From: Candidatus Marinacidobacterales bacterium
GTDB lineage: Bacteria > Acidobacteriota > Vicinamibacteria > Marinacidobacterales > SMYC01
DNA length: 64,000 bases
Reading direction: 5' to 3'
NCBI GenBank assembly: GCA_965224085.1
Contig: CBDCYI010000009.1
Location: 224,001-288,000, forward strand
Positions 51,220 through 61,074 of this stretch are shown here, one piece after another (position 1 is the first letter of the stretch; each line of letters begins with the position of its first letter). The position numbers were made by a program, and so were the translations under genes. The notes beneath the pieces were generated by a model. That model did no database searches, was not told the DNA's origin, and worked only from the letters and a program-made list of their open reading frames with translations.

Positions 51220-52597
51220 TTTGACTCTTTTTCCTGACTGCAAATACGCTGACGAAGGCAATACCGCTCACGAGAAGGCCGATGAGCGGTGGGTTCCAGA
51301 TACCAAAGCCCCGGCCGACAGTCATCACGTCGACGACGATCAAGACTGGAATGCCGATCCCGACGGCCGCAAAAGCCTCGGGAGCTCCGGCTCGGCGTGT
51401 GTAGAGCGCGGCGATAACGGGAACGAAGAACAGCACGCTCAGAAACGAATAGAACACGGTGAGCGCCCCAATGATGGTCTCGAACGCGATGGCGAGCGCG
51501 ACGCCGAGGAGACCGCCGACGAGCGCCGCGCCGCGCGCGACCCGCAGCACATCAGCATCGGAAGCGTCAGGCCGCACGAAGCGCTGATAGAGATCGCGCG
51601 AGAGTGACGTCGCGAGCATGAAGAGGACCGCGTCCGCCGAGCTCACTTCCGCCGAGAAGATGGCCGCGAGCCCGAGACAGCCGAGCGCTATGGGAATCTC
51701 GCGAGCGAGCAAGGTCGGGAGCGCTAATGCCTGCGTCGAAAGCACGGGAAAGTGAACGCGCGCAACCATTCCGAGGAGCACCGGCAGGAAGGCAAAGACC
51801 ATCAAAGCCAGGCCGGCTGCGCCGACCGCAATACGCACGGTCCGTTCATCCCGCGCGCCATAGACTTTCTGCACGAGCCCGGGGGAGATAATGAAGGCGG
51901 GAACGAGAAGCGCCATGTAGTAGAGCGCGGGGCCGCCACCTTGCCAAATATCCGTAGAGCCAGCCTCGACGGACAAGCCACCGAAGCCTCCCACCGAGTC
52001 GAGCGCCGCCGGCACGATCCAAACGAAGCCCGCGGTGAGCACAACCAGCTGCACGAGGTTCACCCATGCGGACGACAAGAGGCCGCCCGCGGCGAAGTAA
52101 GCGGAGACGACGACACCTCCAATGAGACAGCCGTAAATCTTCGGGATGCCGGCCACGCTCTGGAGCACGATAGCCACCGCAATGAGCTGCGCCGCGAGCA
52201 CGAAGAGGGTCGTTACCCAGAGAAGTGCTGCGACGACACCGCGGACCGCCCCCCCGTAGCGGAGCTCGAGAAGATCCCCAACCGTCTGAAGGTCGTGCTC
52301 TTTCGCGAGTCGCCACACCCGCGGGCCCGCCCAAAACGCGAGCAAGAGGGTTCCGATCCCTGCGGAGCCCACCCACCACCAGGCAACGAGGCCACGTGCA
52401 TAACCGATCCCCGCGGCTCCCATCGTCGAGCCCGCCCCGATATTGGCCGCGAGGAGCGTCGCAAAAAGGAGCAAAGGGCCGAGATTCCGGCCCGCGACGA
52501 AGAAGGTATCGGTGCTCTTGACACCGCGGCCCACAAAAAGACCGATGACGATGAGTAGAGCCGAATAACCGAGGATGGCGAGGAGGTAAGGATTCAA
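51203..52597 (-). CDS. Sodium:solute symporter
   Basis: FFVAGR, NIGAGSTMG, YFAAGGL, SSADA; many TM segments. Confidence 0.92.
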   Translation of the reverse strand: MNPYLLAILGYSALLIVIGLFVGRGVKSTDTFFVAGRNLGPLLLFATLLAANIGAGSTMGAAGIGYARGLVAWWWVGSAGIGTLLLAFWAGPRVWRLAKEHDLQTVGDLLELRYGGAVRGVVAALLWVTTLFVLAAQLIAVAIVLQSVAGIPKIYGCLIGGVVVSAYFAAGGLLSSAWVNLVQLVVLTAGFVWIVPAALDSVGGFGGLSVEAGSTDIWQGGGPALYYMALLVPAFIISPGLVQKVYGARDERTVRIAVGAAGLALMVFAFLPVLLGMVARVHFPVLSTQALALPTLLAREIPIALGCLGLAAIFSAEVSSADAVLFMLATSLSRDLYQRFVRPDASDADVLRVARGAALVGGLLGVALAIAFETIIGALTVFYSFLSVLFFVPVIAALYTRRAGAPEAFAAVGIGIPVLIVVDVMTVGRGFGIWNPPLIGLLVSGIAFVSVFAVRKKSQNVSLA

Positions 52598-53610
52598 CGA
52601 AGCTCCGCGGCCGCGGGAAACCGTGCGATACTCTCCGCGTGGCGCACGGCGCTCAAGATCGCGTCCGACGTCGCTTCGGCGGCGAGCGCCCCGATCATCG
52701 ATGCGCTCACGTCGCCCGACCAGCCACCGAGCGCGAGCGCGAAGATCGTATCGCCGTCCGAAAGCGTATGGGCCGGGTAGATCGCGCGCGCCAACCCATC
52801 ATGCGCCATTTGCGCGACTTTGTTCGCCTGGGTTTTCGTCAACGACGCGTTCGTGGCGACGATTCCTATCGTCGTGTTCCGACCGACGCGCGTTCGGATG
52901 AGAGCTCCGGAGCGCAGGAGCTTGCGCGCATCGGCGAGCGCTGTTCCGTCTTCGGATCGCACGCCCGCCACGACCTCGCCGGTTGCGGGGTCGATCACGT
53001 CGCCCACGGCGTTGACCGCCATGAGCGCTGCGACGATCAAGCCGTTCGGGAGCTCGATCGCAGCGGTACCAATCCCCGCCTTCATGGCGCGGGATGGCCC
53101 CGCGCTCTTGCCGACGGTCGCGCCGGCGCCAGCGCCGACATTCCCCTCGGCGATCTTCCCTGCCGTAGCCTTCTCAGCCGCCTTGTAGCCACAATCCGCG
53201 CCCGGCCGGATGTCGGGCTTGCCGCCCACGCCGAGGTCGAAGAGGATCGCGGCGGGAACGATCGGCACTTTGGCGATACCCACATCGAAGCCGATATCGC
53301 GCTCATCGAGAAAGCGAACGACGCCGGAAGCCGCGTCCAAACCGAAAGCGCTCCCGCCCGACAAGACGATCGCGTGTACGCGCTCCACGGTGTTGATCGG
53401 ATCGAGGAGATCCGTCTCGCGCGTTCCTGGCGCCGAGCCGCGCACGTCTACGCTCGCGACAGCGCCTTTCTCGGTGAGAACGACGGTACACCCCGTCGGA
53501 CGCTCTTCGAGCGTGTGCTGCCCAACACGGATGCCGTCGATCCGCGTGAGCCCAGATCCGCCCTCGCCTTGCGCAGCACCGAGCACGACAAGCAACATGC
53601 TTAGCCACAT
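52594..53610 (-). CDS. P1/S58 peptidase (DmpA-like)
   Basis: TGCTV, RGSAPGTRETDLL, LSGGSAFGL, NTTIG, HTLSDGDTIF. Confidence 0.92.
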   Translation of the reverse strand: MWLSMLLVVLGAAQGEGGSGLTRIDGIRVGQHTLEERPTGCTVVLTEKGAVASVDVRGSAPGTRETDLLDPINTVERVHAIVLSGGSAFGLDAASGVVRFLDERDIGFDVGIAKVPIVPAAILFDLGVGGKPDIRPGADCGYKAAEKATAGKIAEGNVGAGAGATVGKSAGPSRAMKAGIGTAAIELPNGLIVAALMAVNAVGDVIDPATGEVVAGVRSEDGTALADARKLLRSGALIRTRVGRNTTIGIVATNASLTKTQANKVAQMAHDGLARAIYPAHTLSDGDTIFALALGGWSGDVSASMIGALAAEATSDAILSAVRHAESIARFPAAAELR

Positions 53611-53671
53611 CACGTGGCGATTGTCGACGCAGGAGCCCCCGAACGCAAGCTCTACTTGTAACGTCTAGGAG

Positions 53672-53707
53672 GACTTGTCCCGCCGAAGCCCGCAGGGCGA
53701 AGGAGGA
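53672..53707. repeat. REP-like imperfect palindrome CCCGCCGAAGCCCGCAGGGCGAAGGAGG
   Basis: GCCC-gca-GGGC core hairpin in intergenic DNA; only one copy seen here. Confidence 0.35.
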
Positions 53708-53726
53708 TGATATCGTTTCGATATCG

Positions 53727-54002
53727 ATGAAACCCGGCACGGAATCTGACAAGCTATTCGCTGAAGTCGAGAATGCGCGCGATGAAATTGTCGACTTCGC
53801 GGCCGAGCTCGTCCGCATACCCACCGTCAACCCGCCGTGCGTCGCGGACCACTGCGAAGCGATCTTCGATCGGCGCTTCTTGCGTGAAGAGGGTTTCGAC
53901 GACGCCAAGCAGGAGATCGAATCGCTCCTGATGTCCATGGGAAATGGCGGGCGCTACGAGCTCGAGGACCTCATGATCGTCGATTTGATCGGGCCCACCT
54001 AA
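53727..54002 (+). pseudogene. ArgE/DapE-family deacylase remnant with internal deletion
   Basis: N-terminal ELVRIPTVNPP joined directly to mid-protein CVADHC..IFDRRFL.EE. Confidence 0.7.
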
Positions 54003-54013
54003 AGGTTCCTCGC

Positions 54014-55177
54014 GTGGAACAAGCCACCTCTCTCATCTTGATTGCATCTGCAGCGTTTTTCCTGCCGCTCATCGCCGGACACCTTCGTACACCCGCCGTG
54101 GTCTTGGAGCTTCTGTTCGGTGTTCTCGTCGGACCATTCACAGGATGGATCGAATCTTCGGAGCTTTTGGATCTGCTCGGCCAACTCGGGCTGTTCCTGC
54201 TCATGTTTCTCGCGGGGTTCGAGATCGATTTCCGCGCCATCGAGCGTCAGGGACGACGCCGGCTACTCGTCCTTCTCGCCGCCTTTATTGCAACCCTCGC
54301 GGTTGCCAACTGGTTCACGACGCGCGCCGGCTACAACGCGTTCATGACCCTCGTGCTCGCCACGACTTCCGTCGGCCTGGTCGTGCCGACGCTCAGAAGC
54401 ACGCGGCGGACGACGACACCACTCGGCCAGTACATATTAATCTCCGCGATCATGGCCGACTTCCTTACGCTCGTGCTCGTCGCGCTGTTCGCGCTCGTCG
54501 AGCGGCACGGTGTGGGAATCGAGCTCCTGCAAATGCCCGCGCTCTTTATTGCCATCATCATCGTCTTACGCACCCTGCGCCTTGCGGTCTGGTGGTACCC
54601 GGATCGTTTTCGCCGGCTCTTTTCCGCGGATGATCCCGAAGAGCTCGGCATGCGGGCGAGTCTCGCGCTGATGCTCGCCTTCGTCGGACTTTCGATGGCG
54701 CTCGAGGTCGAGCCGATCTTGGGAGCCTTTCTCGCAGGGAGCGTCTTCGCCATCGTTTTCCGGAGCCGCGGTGTGCTCGAACATCAGCTGAACGGGTTCT
54801 CCTATGGTTTTCTGATCCCGATTTTTTTCATCAATGTCGGCCTACGCTTCGAGCTCGATGTGATCCGCAATCCGGACGTGCTCGTCAAAGCGCTCGTCGT
54901 CATCGCTGCAGCCTTCGCGGTAAAGATTCTGCCGAGCCTCATTTTCTTCCTACGGGGGTTCACTGCGCGCGAGGTCCTCGCTGCTGGCGTGCTCCTATCC
55001 GCCCGGCTGAGCCTCATCATCGCCGTGGCCACCGTCGGCGTGGAGCTCGGACTTCTCTCGACGCAAGATCGCGCCATCGCCATCTTTCTGGCCGCGGTCA
55101 CGGCAACCGTGTCCCCGACCCTCTTTCGAATCTTGGCGCCCCCGCTTCCAACCAATGCACCTGAGGCGACGGCGTGA
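54014..55177 (+). CDS. Cation:proton antiporter (CPA2)
   Basis: LLMFLAGFEID, TTSVGLVVP, ILGAFLAG, IPIFFI.VG. Confidence 0.9.
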   Translation: MEQATSLILIASAAFFLPLIAGHLRTPAVVLELLFGVLVGPFTGWIESSELLDLLGQLGLFLLMFLAGFEIDFRAIERQGRRRLLVLLAAFIATLAVANWFTTRAGYNAFMTLVLATTSVGLVVPTLRSTRRTTTPLGQYILISAIMADFLTLVLVALFALVERHGVGIELLQMPALFIAIIIVLRTLRLAVWWYPDRFRRLFSADDPEELGMRASLALMLAFVGLSMALEVEPILGAFLAGSVFAIVFRSRGVLEHQLNGFSYGFLIPIFFINVGLRFELDVIRNPDVLVKALVVIAAAFAVKILPSLIFFLRGFTAREVLAAGVLLSARLSLIIAVATVGVELGLLSTQDRAIAIFLAAVTATVSPTLFRILAPPLPTNAPEATA

Positions 55178-55231
55178 CAAGTGCGTTATTATCTGGCTAC
55201 GATCGCCTCTCGGCAGATCGAAGGAGGCTCC

Positions 55232-56479
55232 ATGAACTCTCGCCGGTCCTTTCTCAAAGAAGTCGCCGCGTCTGCGGCCCTTTTGCCCATCGCTCTCGAA
55301 TCCAGTGAGGCGTCGACGCTCGCGGAAACGTCCATCGACGGCGAAGCCTATTGGCATCTCGTCCGAGCCCAGTTTTCGTTTAGCGAAAAAAAAGTCCCGA
55401 TGAACGCCGCCAATTTGTGCCCGTCCCCGCGGGCGGTGGCGGAGCGCGTCTCGGAGCTGACCGCGGATATCGACCGCGATTGCTCGTCTAACAATCGAGG
55501 AAAATTCAACGGGCTTCGCGAGGAATCGCGGAAGAAGGTCGCGAAGCAGCTCGGGGTTTCCGCGGACGAGATCGCCCTCGTGCGCAATACGAGCGAGGCC
55601 AACAACACCATCAATAACGGCCTCTCCCTCGAAGAGGGCGACGAGGTCGTGCTCTGGGACCAAAACCACCCCACGAACAACGTCGCCTGGGACGTGCGGG
55701 CGGCGCGCTTCGGGCTTACCGTGAAACGCGTGTCGACACCGAAGCACCCGAAGAGCTCCCAAGAGCTCATCGACACCTTCATCAAGGCCCTCTCAGCCAA
55801 CACAAAGGTTCTGTCGATTACGCATGTCTCGAACGTGAGCGGCATCCACCTTCCCGCTAAACAGATCGTCGAGGCGGCGCACGCCAAAGGCGTTTACGTT
55901 CATGTCGACGGCGCGCAAAGTTGGGGCGCACTCGATGTGAATCTGCGGGACATCGGTTGCGACTCCTATTCCGCTTCGGCGCATAAGTGGTTCATGGGTC
56001 CGAAAGAAGCGGGCCTGCTCTACGTCAAAGAGTCGAACATCCCGCGCATTTGGCCGAACGTGGTCGCGCCGGGCTGGGGCGACGACGTCGACCCCGACCC
56101 GACAGGCGCCCGCAAATTCGAATCGCTCGGCCAACGTGACGATGCGTGTCTCGCGGCCATCGGCACCACGGTGGATTTCCACAACGCCGTCGGCGCGGCT
56201 CAGGTCGAAGCACGCCTGATGGAGCTCGCCACGGCCCTCAAAACCGGGCTCGTCGACGCGGGGCTCATGCTCGTGACCCCCGAGGATCCGAAACTTTCGG
56301 GCGGCGTCTGCATCCTCGAAGTCGACCGCGGCAAGAGCCGCGAAGTCAAGGACCGTCTGTATGACGAGCACGGGATCGCGGGTGCCCCGACCGGTGGGCT
56401 CCGTCTGTGCCCTCACGTCTACAACACGATGGAGCATGTCGAGCGTGCCGTTCAGGGCATGAAAGCCATTCTCGCCTGA
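55232..56479 (+). CDS. Tat-exported class V PLP aminotransferase (isopenicillin N epimerase / cysteine desulfurase-like)
   Basis: AAGGAGG RBS, MNSRRSFLK twin-arginine signal, NTSEA, VDGAQ, SAHKW. Confidence 0.9.
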   Translation: MNSRRSFLKEVAASAALLPIALESSEASTLAETSIDGEAYWHLVRAQFSFSEKKVPMNAANLCPSPRAVAERVSELTADIDRDCSSNNRGKFNGLREESRKKVAKQLGVSADEIALVRNTSEANNTINNGLSLEEGDEVVLWDQNHPTNNVAWDVRAARFGLTVKRVSTPKHPKSSQELIDTFIKALSANTKVLSITHVSNVSGIHLPAKQIVEAAHAKGVYVHVDGAQSWGALDVNLRDIGCDSYSASAHKWFMGPKEAGLLYVKESNIPRIWPNVVAPGWGDDVDPDPTGARKFESLGQRDDACLAAIGTTVDFHNAVGAAQVEARLMELATALKTGLVDAGLMLVTPEDPKLSGGVCILEVDRGKSREVKDRLYDEHGIAGAPTGGLRLCPHVYNTMEHVERAVQGMKAILA

Positions 56480-56482
56480 CGC

Positions 56483-57307
56483 TTGAAATCCCGGTCGATG
56501 CTGCTCACCCTGTTTCTTGCGGGCTCGCTTGCGAACGCCCCTAGTGTCGATGAAATCCTCGAAAACGCGATCGAGGTTCAGCGCCTGCATGAAGAAGCCG
56601 GCAACGAGGTCAAATACGACTACGAGCTTCTGAGCGTCACCGAAAAACTCGACAAAAACGGGGACGTCAAAGTAGTCGAGGAGCATCTTTTCGAAAGCCG
56701 TCACATCGACAACGTTGCCTATGAACGCCTCGTCAAGAAGGACGGAAAGACGCTCACACAAAAAGAGCTGAAGCGCGAGGCCAAGCGCGAGCGAGACTTT
56801 CGCAAGAAGCTCGCAAAAGGCGAAGCGCGGCACAACGATGCCGAACAACGCGTCGCTTTCGATGAGGAGCTCATCGTTCGCTACGACTTTGAGCTCGACG
56901 ACGTCCGCGATGTCTCTGGTCGCAAGACCTACGTCTTGTCCTATAGGCCCAAGCCCGGAAAGCTCCCAGAGAAAAAGCGCATGGATCGCTTACTCAATAA
57001 AACCACGGGCTCTCTTTGGATCGACGCGGAGACGTTCCAGATCGCGCAGGTCGAGTTCGAGCTCACGGATCGCGTCAGGCTCTGGTGGGGCATGCTCGGA
57101 TCGATCTCTAAGATGAAGGGAACCTTCATGCGCCATCCGGTGAGCGAGGGCATTTGGCTCCCCGAGCGCGCCAATTTCTACCTTCAGGGCCGCGTCTTGT
57201 TTCGCTCGTTGCACGTACGTGAGAAGGTCGTCTGGAGCGATTTCGAGAGGCGACGACCCAAAGTCGCGGAGAACCCTTCGTCGAAGAACCCGGAGAGCCC
57301 AAGATGA
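56483..57307 (+). CDS. Secreted hypothetical protein
   Basis: Signal-like N-terminus, YVLSYRPK and GSLWIDAETFQI motifs; operonic spacing on both sides. Confidence 0.7.
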   Translation: MKSRSMLLTLFLAGSLANAPSVDEILENAIEVQRLHEEAGNEVKYDYELLSVTEKLDKNGDVKVVEEHLFESRHIDNVAYERLVKKDGKTLTQKELKREAKRERDFRKKLAKGEARHNDAEQRVAFDEELIVRYDFELDDVRDVSGRKTYVLSYRPKPGKLPEKKRMDRLLNKTTGSLWIDAETFQIAQVEFELTDRVRLWWGMLGSISKMKGTFMRHPVSEGIWLPERANFYLQGRVLFRSLHVREKVVWSDFERRRPKVAENPSSKNPESPR

Positions 57308-57747
57308 TCCAAGTCGGTCAACTCGCCCCGCCCTTTGCAGTGCAAAACGATCTAGGCGAGACCGTGCGCCTGAGCGACTACAAGGGCAAGAACGTCATCC
57401 TCTGGTTCTACCCCAAGGCTGACACCCCTGGGTGAACGCGCGAAGGTTGCGGGTTCCGCGACAACAACCAGCAGTTCAACGACAGGAACGTCTATGTCCT
57501 CGGCGTTAGCTTCGATACGGTGGACGAGAACCGGGCGTTCGTGGAGAAGTTCAGTTTCAACTTTCCGCTTCTCTGCGATACGAACCGCGCGATCGGTTTG
57601 GCCTATGGAGCTTGCGACGACAAGAGCGCGTCTCATGCAAAGCGGGTCAGCTACTTGATCGGCGCGGATGGAAACGTGCGGAAGGCCTATCCACAAGTCG
57701 ACGCTGGCGCCCATCCCGACGAGATTCTAGCGGACCTCGACGCGTAG
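57304..57747 (+). CDS. bcp: Peroxiredoxin (BCP/PrxQ family), probable selenoprotein with Sec at codon 44
   Basis: MIQVGQLAPPF...LWFYPKADTPG-[TGA 57433]-TREGCGFRD..LGVSFD..FPLLCD..RVSYLIG; 147 aa in one frame. Confidence 0.9.
57446..57462 (+). promoter_or_regulatory. SECIS-like hairpin
   Basis: GTTGCGG-GTT-CCGCGAC, beginning after a 10-nt spacer following the UGA, with G in the loop. Confidence 0.7.
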
Positions 57748-57844
57748 GGCTCTTCTCCCCTTCTGTGGGCTTCGCCCCACTATGGGCGCCGAGGTGCACT
57801 CCTTAAGTGGCGTGTCCACCTGACGATAGCGCATTCACGCGGTC

Positions 57845-57860
57845 CGGTATCATCTTTGCA
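57845..57860 (+). promoter_or_regulatory. Candidate sigma54 promoter
   Basis: CGGTATCATCTTTGCA has GG-N10-GC with TTGCA, upstream of ATG 57928. Confidence 0.5.
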
Positions 57861-57927
57861 TGACCCTCCCAAAAAGACCTGGCGCACTCCCCCTCCGTGC
57901 TCGTCGGTCTCACCTCGGAGGTTTTCC

Positions 57928-58407
57928 ATGGCCCGCACCCTCTGCGTCGCCCTATGTTCGATCCTCGCCGTCGCGGCTATCGCTCTCGCTGATGACACGG
58001 AGAATGAGAACCAGCGGCAGACCCGCCCGCTCGAGCCTAGCGAAAGCGACCTCGAGTCCTTCCGTCTGACTTCGCCCGAAAGCGACCTCATCATCGACGA
58101 CGGGCACTCGGCGTTCTTTCGCGCGAGCGGTGTCGGGATGTTCGCCGCGTCCGCAGCCGATATCGCCACGACGGAGTGGGGGCTTTCGCAAGGTCTTCAC
58201 GAGGCGAATCCCGCCGCGTCGCAGCGTGGCCTCCGCCTCGCGACCCACGTGGTGGGTCCCGCGGTCGTGTACTGGGCGAGCGATCGTCTCGCGCGCAAGG
58301 GAAGGCCGAAGCTCGCGCTAGGGCTACGGATCGGCTTGATGGTGGCTTATAGCTACGCCGCTATACATAATGCGCGCCTCATTCAAGCAAGCCCGGGCAT
58401 TCCGTAG
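57928..58407 (+). CDS. Hypothetical exported/membrane protein
   Basis: GGAGG RBS, signal peptide, ADIATT..EANP motif, hydrophobic C-terminus. Confidence 0.65.
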   Translation: MARTLCVALCSILAVAAIALADDTENENQRQTRPLEPSESDLESFRLTSPESDLIIDDGHSAFFRASGVGMFAASAADIATTEWGLSQGLHEANPAASQRGLRLATHVVGPAVVYWASDRLARKGRPKLALGLRIGLMVAYSYAAIHNARLIQASPGIP

Positions 58408-58415
58408 ACAATCCC

Positions 58416-60605
58416 TCAGAACTCTCCCACGACGGCAATCACAGCGTTGATACCCGGCGCAAGAACGGCGCGCATATCGGGGCTCACCGGATAGGTTGTA
58501 TCGAAGAGGTTTTTGACCGTACCCCGCAGCTCCACGTTCGGCGAGAGGCGCCAACCCGCCCCGAGGTCCACCGTCGTGAAGCTCGGCGTCACCATCTCCG
58601 TCGGCCCGGGCCGCTCGTCACGCGCGAAGACGGCCACCCGCACTTGAGCATAGCCTCGGCTATTCGCAAGGTTACGACGGAGGTCGAATTTCACGTTTAC
58701 ACCGGGGATGTCATCGATGGGCGCGGCGTCATCACGGGTGTTTCCGTGAGACCAGTGGGTCGCCACTTCCAAGTTGTAACGCCCATCCAAAAACTCGGCC
58801 TGCACTTCGGCTTCGAGCCCGCGGATGTCAGCCTCACCCCGATTTCGGAAAAAAAAGAAATCACGCCGCTCCTCGAATCGCTCCACGAGATCCGAGAGGC
58901 GATAGAAATAGCCGAAGACGGCCCAGCGGACAGGTCCTCGACCGTAGCGAAGCGATACGTCGAATTGATTGGCATGTTCGGGTCCGAGGTCCGGGTTTCC
59001 CGTGATGAAGCCGCGCCCGGTGATGCCGCGAAAATATCGGTCCGAAAGCGTCGGGTCACGAAAGCCGCGCGCGAGCTGGCCCGTCAAGCTCAGTCCCCTC
59101 GCGAGCTCGACTTTGAGGGAACCGTAGCCAGAAAGCGCCGTGTTCTCAGTCGATTGGTCGTTGAAGAAGCCGCCTTCGTTCGCCGTGGTCACGCGGTCGA
59201 CGCGCGCGCCGGCCCCGAGAGACCATCGGGAGCCGAACAGCATTTCGGTACTCGTATAGACGGCGTTGTTCAAGCGGCGCGCGTTGTCGACCGCGACCTC
59301 TTCGACTTGCCGCACGATGTGGTCATGACGGTCGAACACGGTGAGCGAGCTCCGAGCTTCGAGCCCGTACCGGCCGTAGATGTCGACGCCTACCTCCCAG
59401 CGTGCGCGGCCGAGGGGCCGCACGGCAAAGCCGCGAAAGCTGAAATCCTTCGCGCTAACATCCGCGAGACTCTCGCTGTCAGGCTCCCCTGCACTCGCCA
59501 TCATCAGGCGCTCCGTGACGAGCCGATAGTTTCCCCAGAATCCTTGAAACCCCAACCGTGTGAACCCGGCTTTGGGATCGAGATCATAGGACATCGTCAA
59601 TCGGTTCGAGCGCTCGTTGGGATAAGACGTTTGAAAAGCTTCGCCGCGCGAGTCCGGACGTCCCGTATCGCGGCCGAGATTGGTTTGCCATCCGATCGCG
59701 AAATCGCCGGGCCCGACACGATGCGCGAAACGGCCTAGAAAACCTTTATCGGTGGCTCGAGAATTGAAGACAGTCCCTTCAGGGCTTCGATATTCCTCGA
59801 AGTTGCGGTAGCGCGCCTGCACGACGAAACCCCCGTCGTCGAGGCCCTGCGTCAGCTCCACGCCGGCGGTCGCTTCGGGCAATCCGGCACCGAGCGCTCC
59901 GCGAATCCGAACGGTCGTTGGGGTGCCTGGCGCAACCCGCCGTGTGCGAGCATGGATCACGCCGCCGAACGCATCTGAGCCATAGGCGACCGATCCCGGC
60001 CCGCGCGAGACCTCGACCCCTTCGAGGAAAAACGGGTCGATGAACGTTGCGCTCGGTCCCGCCCGCCGCTCGGTCGTGACGCGCGCACCGTCAAGAAGAA
60101 GGAGCGTCCGACCTCGCGCCAAGCCTCGGAGCGATGGGACCGAAGCGTGCAAGTCCGAGAGACTTCCCGCCCCCGGAACGTTCTGGATGACGTCGGTCAA
60201 GCGGGGCGAGTGCCGTTGTTGAATGGTCTCTTCGGGAATCGACGCCGTGGCACTCCCGGGAGGCGCTTCGATGTTTGGCGCGGCTCCGCCCGCCACCATG
60301 ACCGATTCGGACACGAGCGGCTCGACGACGACGACGAGGGGCCCATCGGTAGGCAGAGCCTCGATGAAGACGGGCGACATGTACGATCCGGCTGGGAGCA
60401 CGATAAGAACGTAAAACGGTGGAGACGGGTCTGGCGTCCACTCGAAACGCCCATCCCGATCGGTGCGGGCCACCCCGGTATGATCCAACAAAGATACAGA
60501 AGCGCCTATGATCGGCGTCCCGTCCGGATCCACAACACGCCCCTCGAGCGCAAAGCTCGGGCAAGCCGCCGCGAGAAAGAAAAAAAGGAGGGAGCGAAAA
60601 GGCAT
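58416..60605 (-). CDS. TonB-dependent receptor
   Basis: GRVVD.DG.PI.GA, LLLLDG, VEVSRGPGSVAYGSDAFGGVI, GNPDLGPE, NLFD..Y, terminal Phe. Confidence 0.93.
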   Translation of the reverse strand: MPFRSLLFFFLAAACPSFALEGRVVDPDGTPIIGASVSLLDHTGVARTDRDGRFEWTPDPSPPFYVLIVLPAGSYMSPVFIEALPTDGPLVVVVEPLVSESVMVAGGAAPNIEAPPGSATASIPEETIQQRHSPRLTDVIQNVPGAGSLSDLHASVPSLRGLARGRTLLLLDGARVTTERRAGPSATFIDPFFLEGVEVSRGPGSVAYGSDAFGGVIHARTRRVAPGTPTTVRIRGALGAGLPEATAGVELTQGLDDGGFVVQARYRNFEEYRSPEGTVFNSRATDKGFLGRFAHRVGPGDFAIGWQTNLGRDTGRPDSRGEAFQTSYPNERSNRLTMSYDLDPKAGFTRLGFQGFWGNYRLVTERLMMASAGEPDSESLADVSAKDFSFRGFAVRPLGRARWEVGVDIYGRYGLEARSSLTVFDRHDHIVRQVEEVAVDNARRLNNAVYTSTEMLFGSRWSLGAGARVDRVTTANEGGFFNDQSTENTALSGYGSLKVELARGLSLTGQLARGFRDPTLSDRYFRGITGRGFITGNPDLGPEHANQFDVSLRYGRGPVRWAVFGYFYRLSDLVERFEERRDFFFFRNRGEADIRGLEAEVQAEFLDGRYNLEVATHWSHGNTRDDAAPIDDIPGVNVKFDLRRNLANSRGYAQVRVAVFARDERPGPTEMVTPSFTTVDLGAGWRLSPNVELRGTVKNLFDTTYPVSPDMRAVLAPGINAVIAVVGEF

Positions 60606-60765
60606 GAAAGTAAAGTGTAGCCCGTGGCGGTCGGTGCGGCAAGAAAAGCGCACGAGCCGCACGTTTTTTTGCTCCTATGCCCTTGACAATGCAGGACAAA
60701 TGCCGTTTGATCGAAGTGTCCGCTTCGCCGTTGCACTTGCTTGAACCGCACAGACAGGAGTGTAG

Positions 60766-61014
60766 ATGCCGCGTAACGTGGCCGTCGAAGACTTGTTGAA
60801 AGAACTGAAGTCTTTCGCCGCTCGAAAGGTCTTTCGAATAGAAGAAGTCTACGCGTACCTGACGGAAACTCCGTTGCTCCCAGCCGCGCTCGGCTATACT
60901 AAACACATCCACAAAGATGAGGACCCATTAGTTGCTGGAGTTCCCGCCGAGGGACCCTCATTTCGTGGCAATGAGGGAGAGCTTTGTTGGGTCCCACGCG
61001 GCGCGCCAGCCTAG
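60766..61014 (+). pseudogene. Short remnant, possibly the N-terminus of a cysteine dioxygenase-like protein
   Basis: AGGAG RBS and upstream TTGACA; plausible helical N-terminus that then degenerates; family assignment weak. Confidence 0.3.
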
Positions 61015-61074
61015 CTTTTGACCCCATTTACAGGGAGCCCGTGACGATCGGCAGCTAAGGAGCGGAAGAAAACT

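Noticed and set aside
57520-57747. 75-aa stand-alone ORF, or a nonsense pseudogene of bcp
   Set aside because: It is the in-frame 3' half of the peroxiredoxin; UGA position and the hairpin favour Sec recoding.
60606-60765. Cobalamin riboswitch or Fur box upstream of the TonB receptor
   Set aside because: No B12-box or GATAATGAT-like motif visible.
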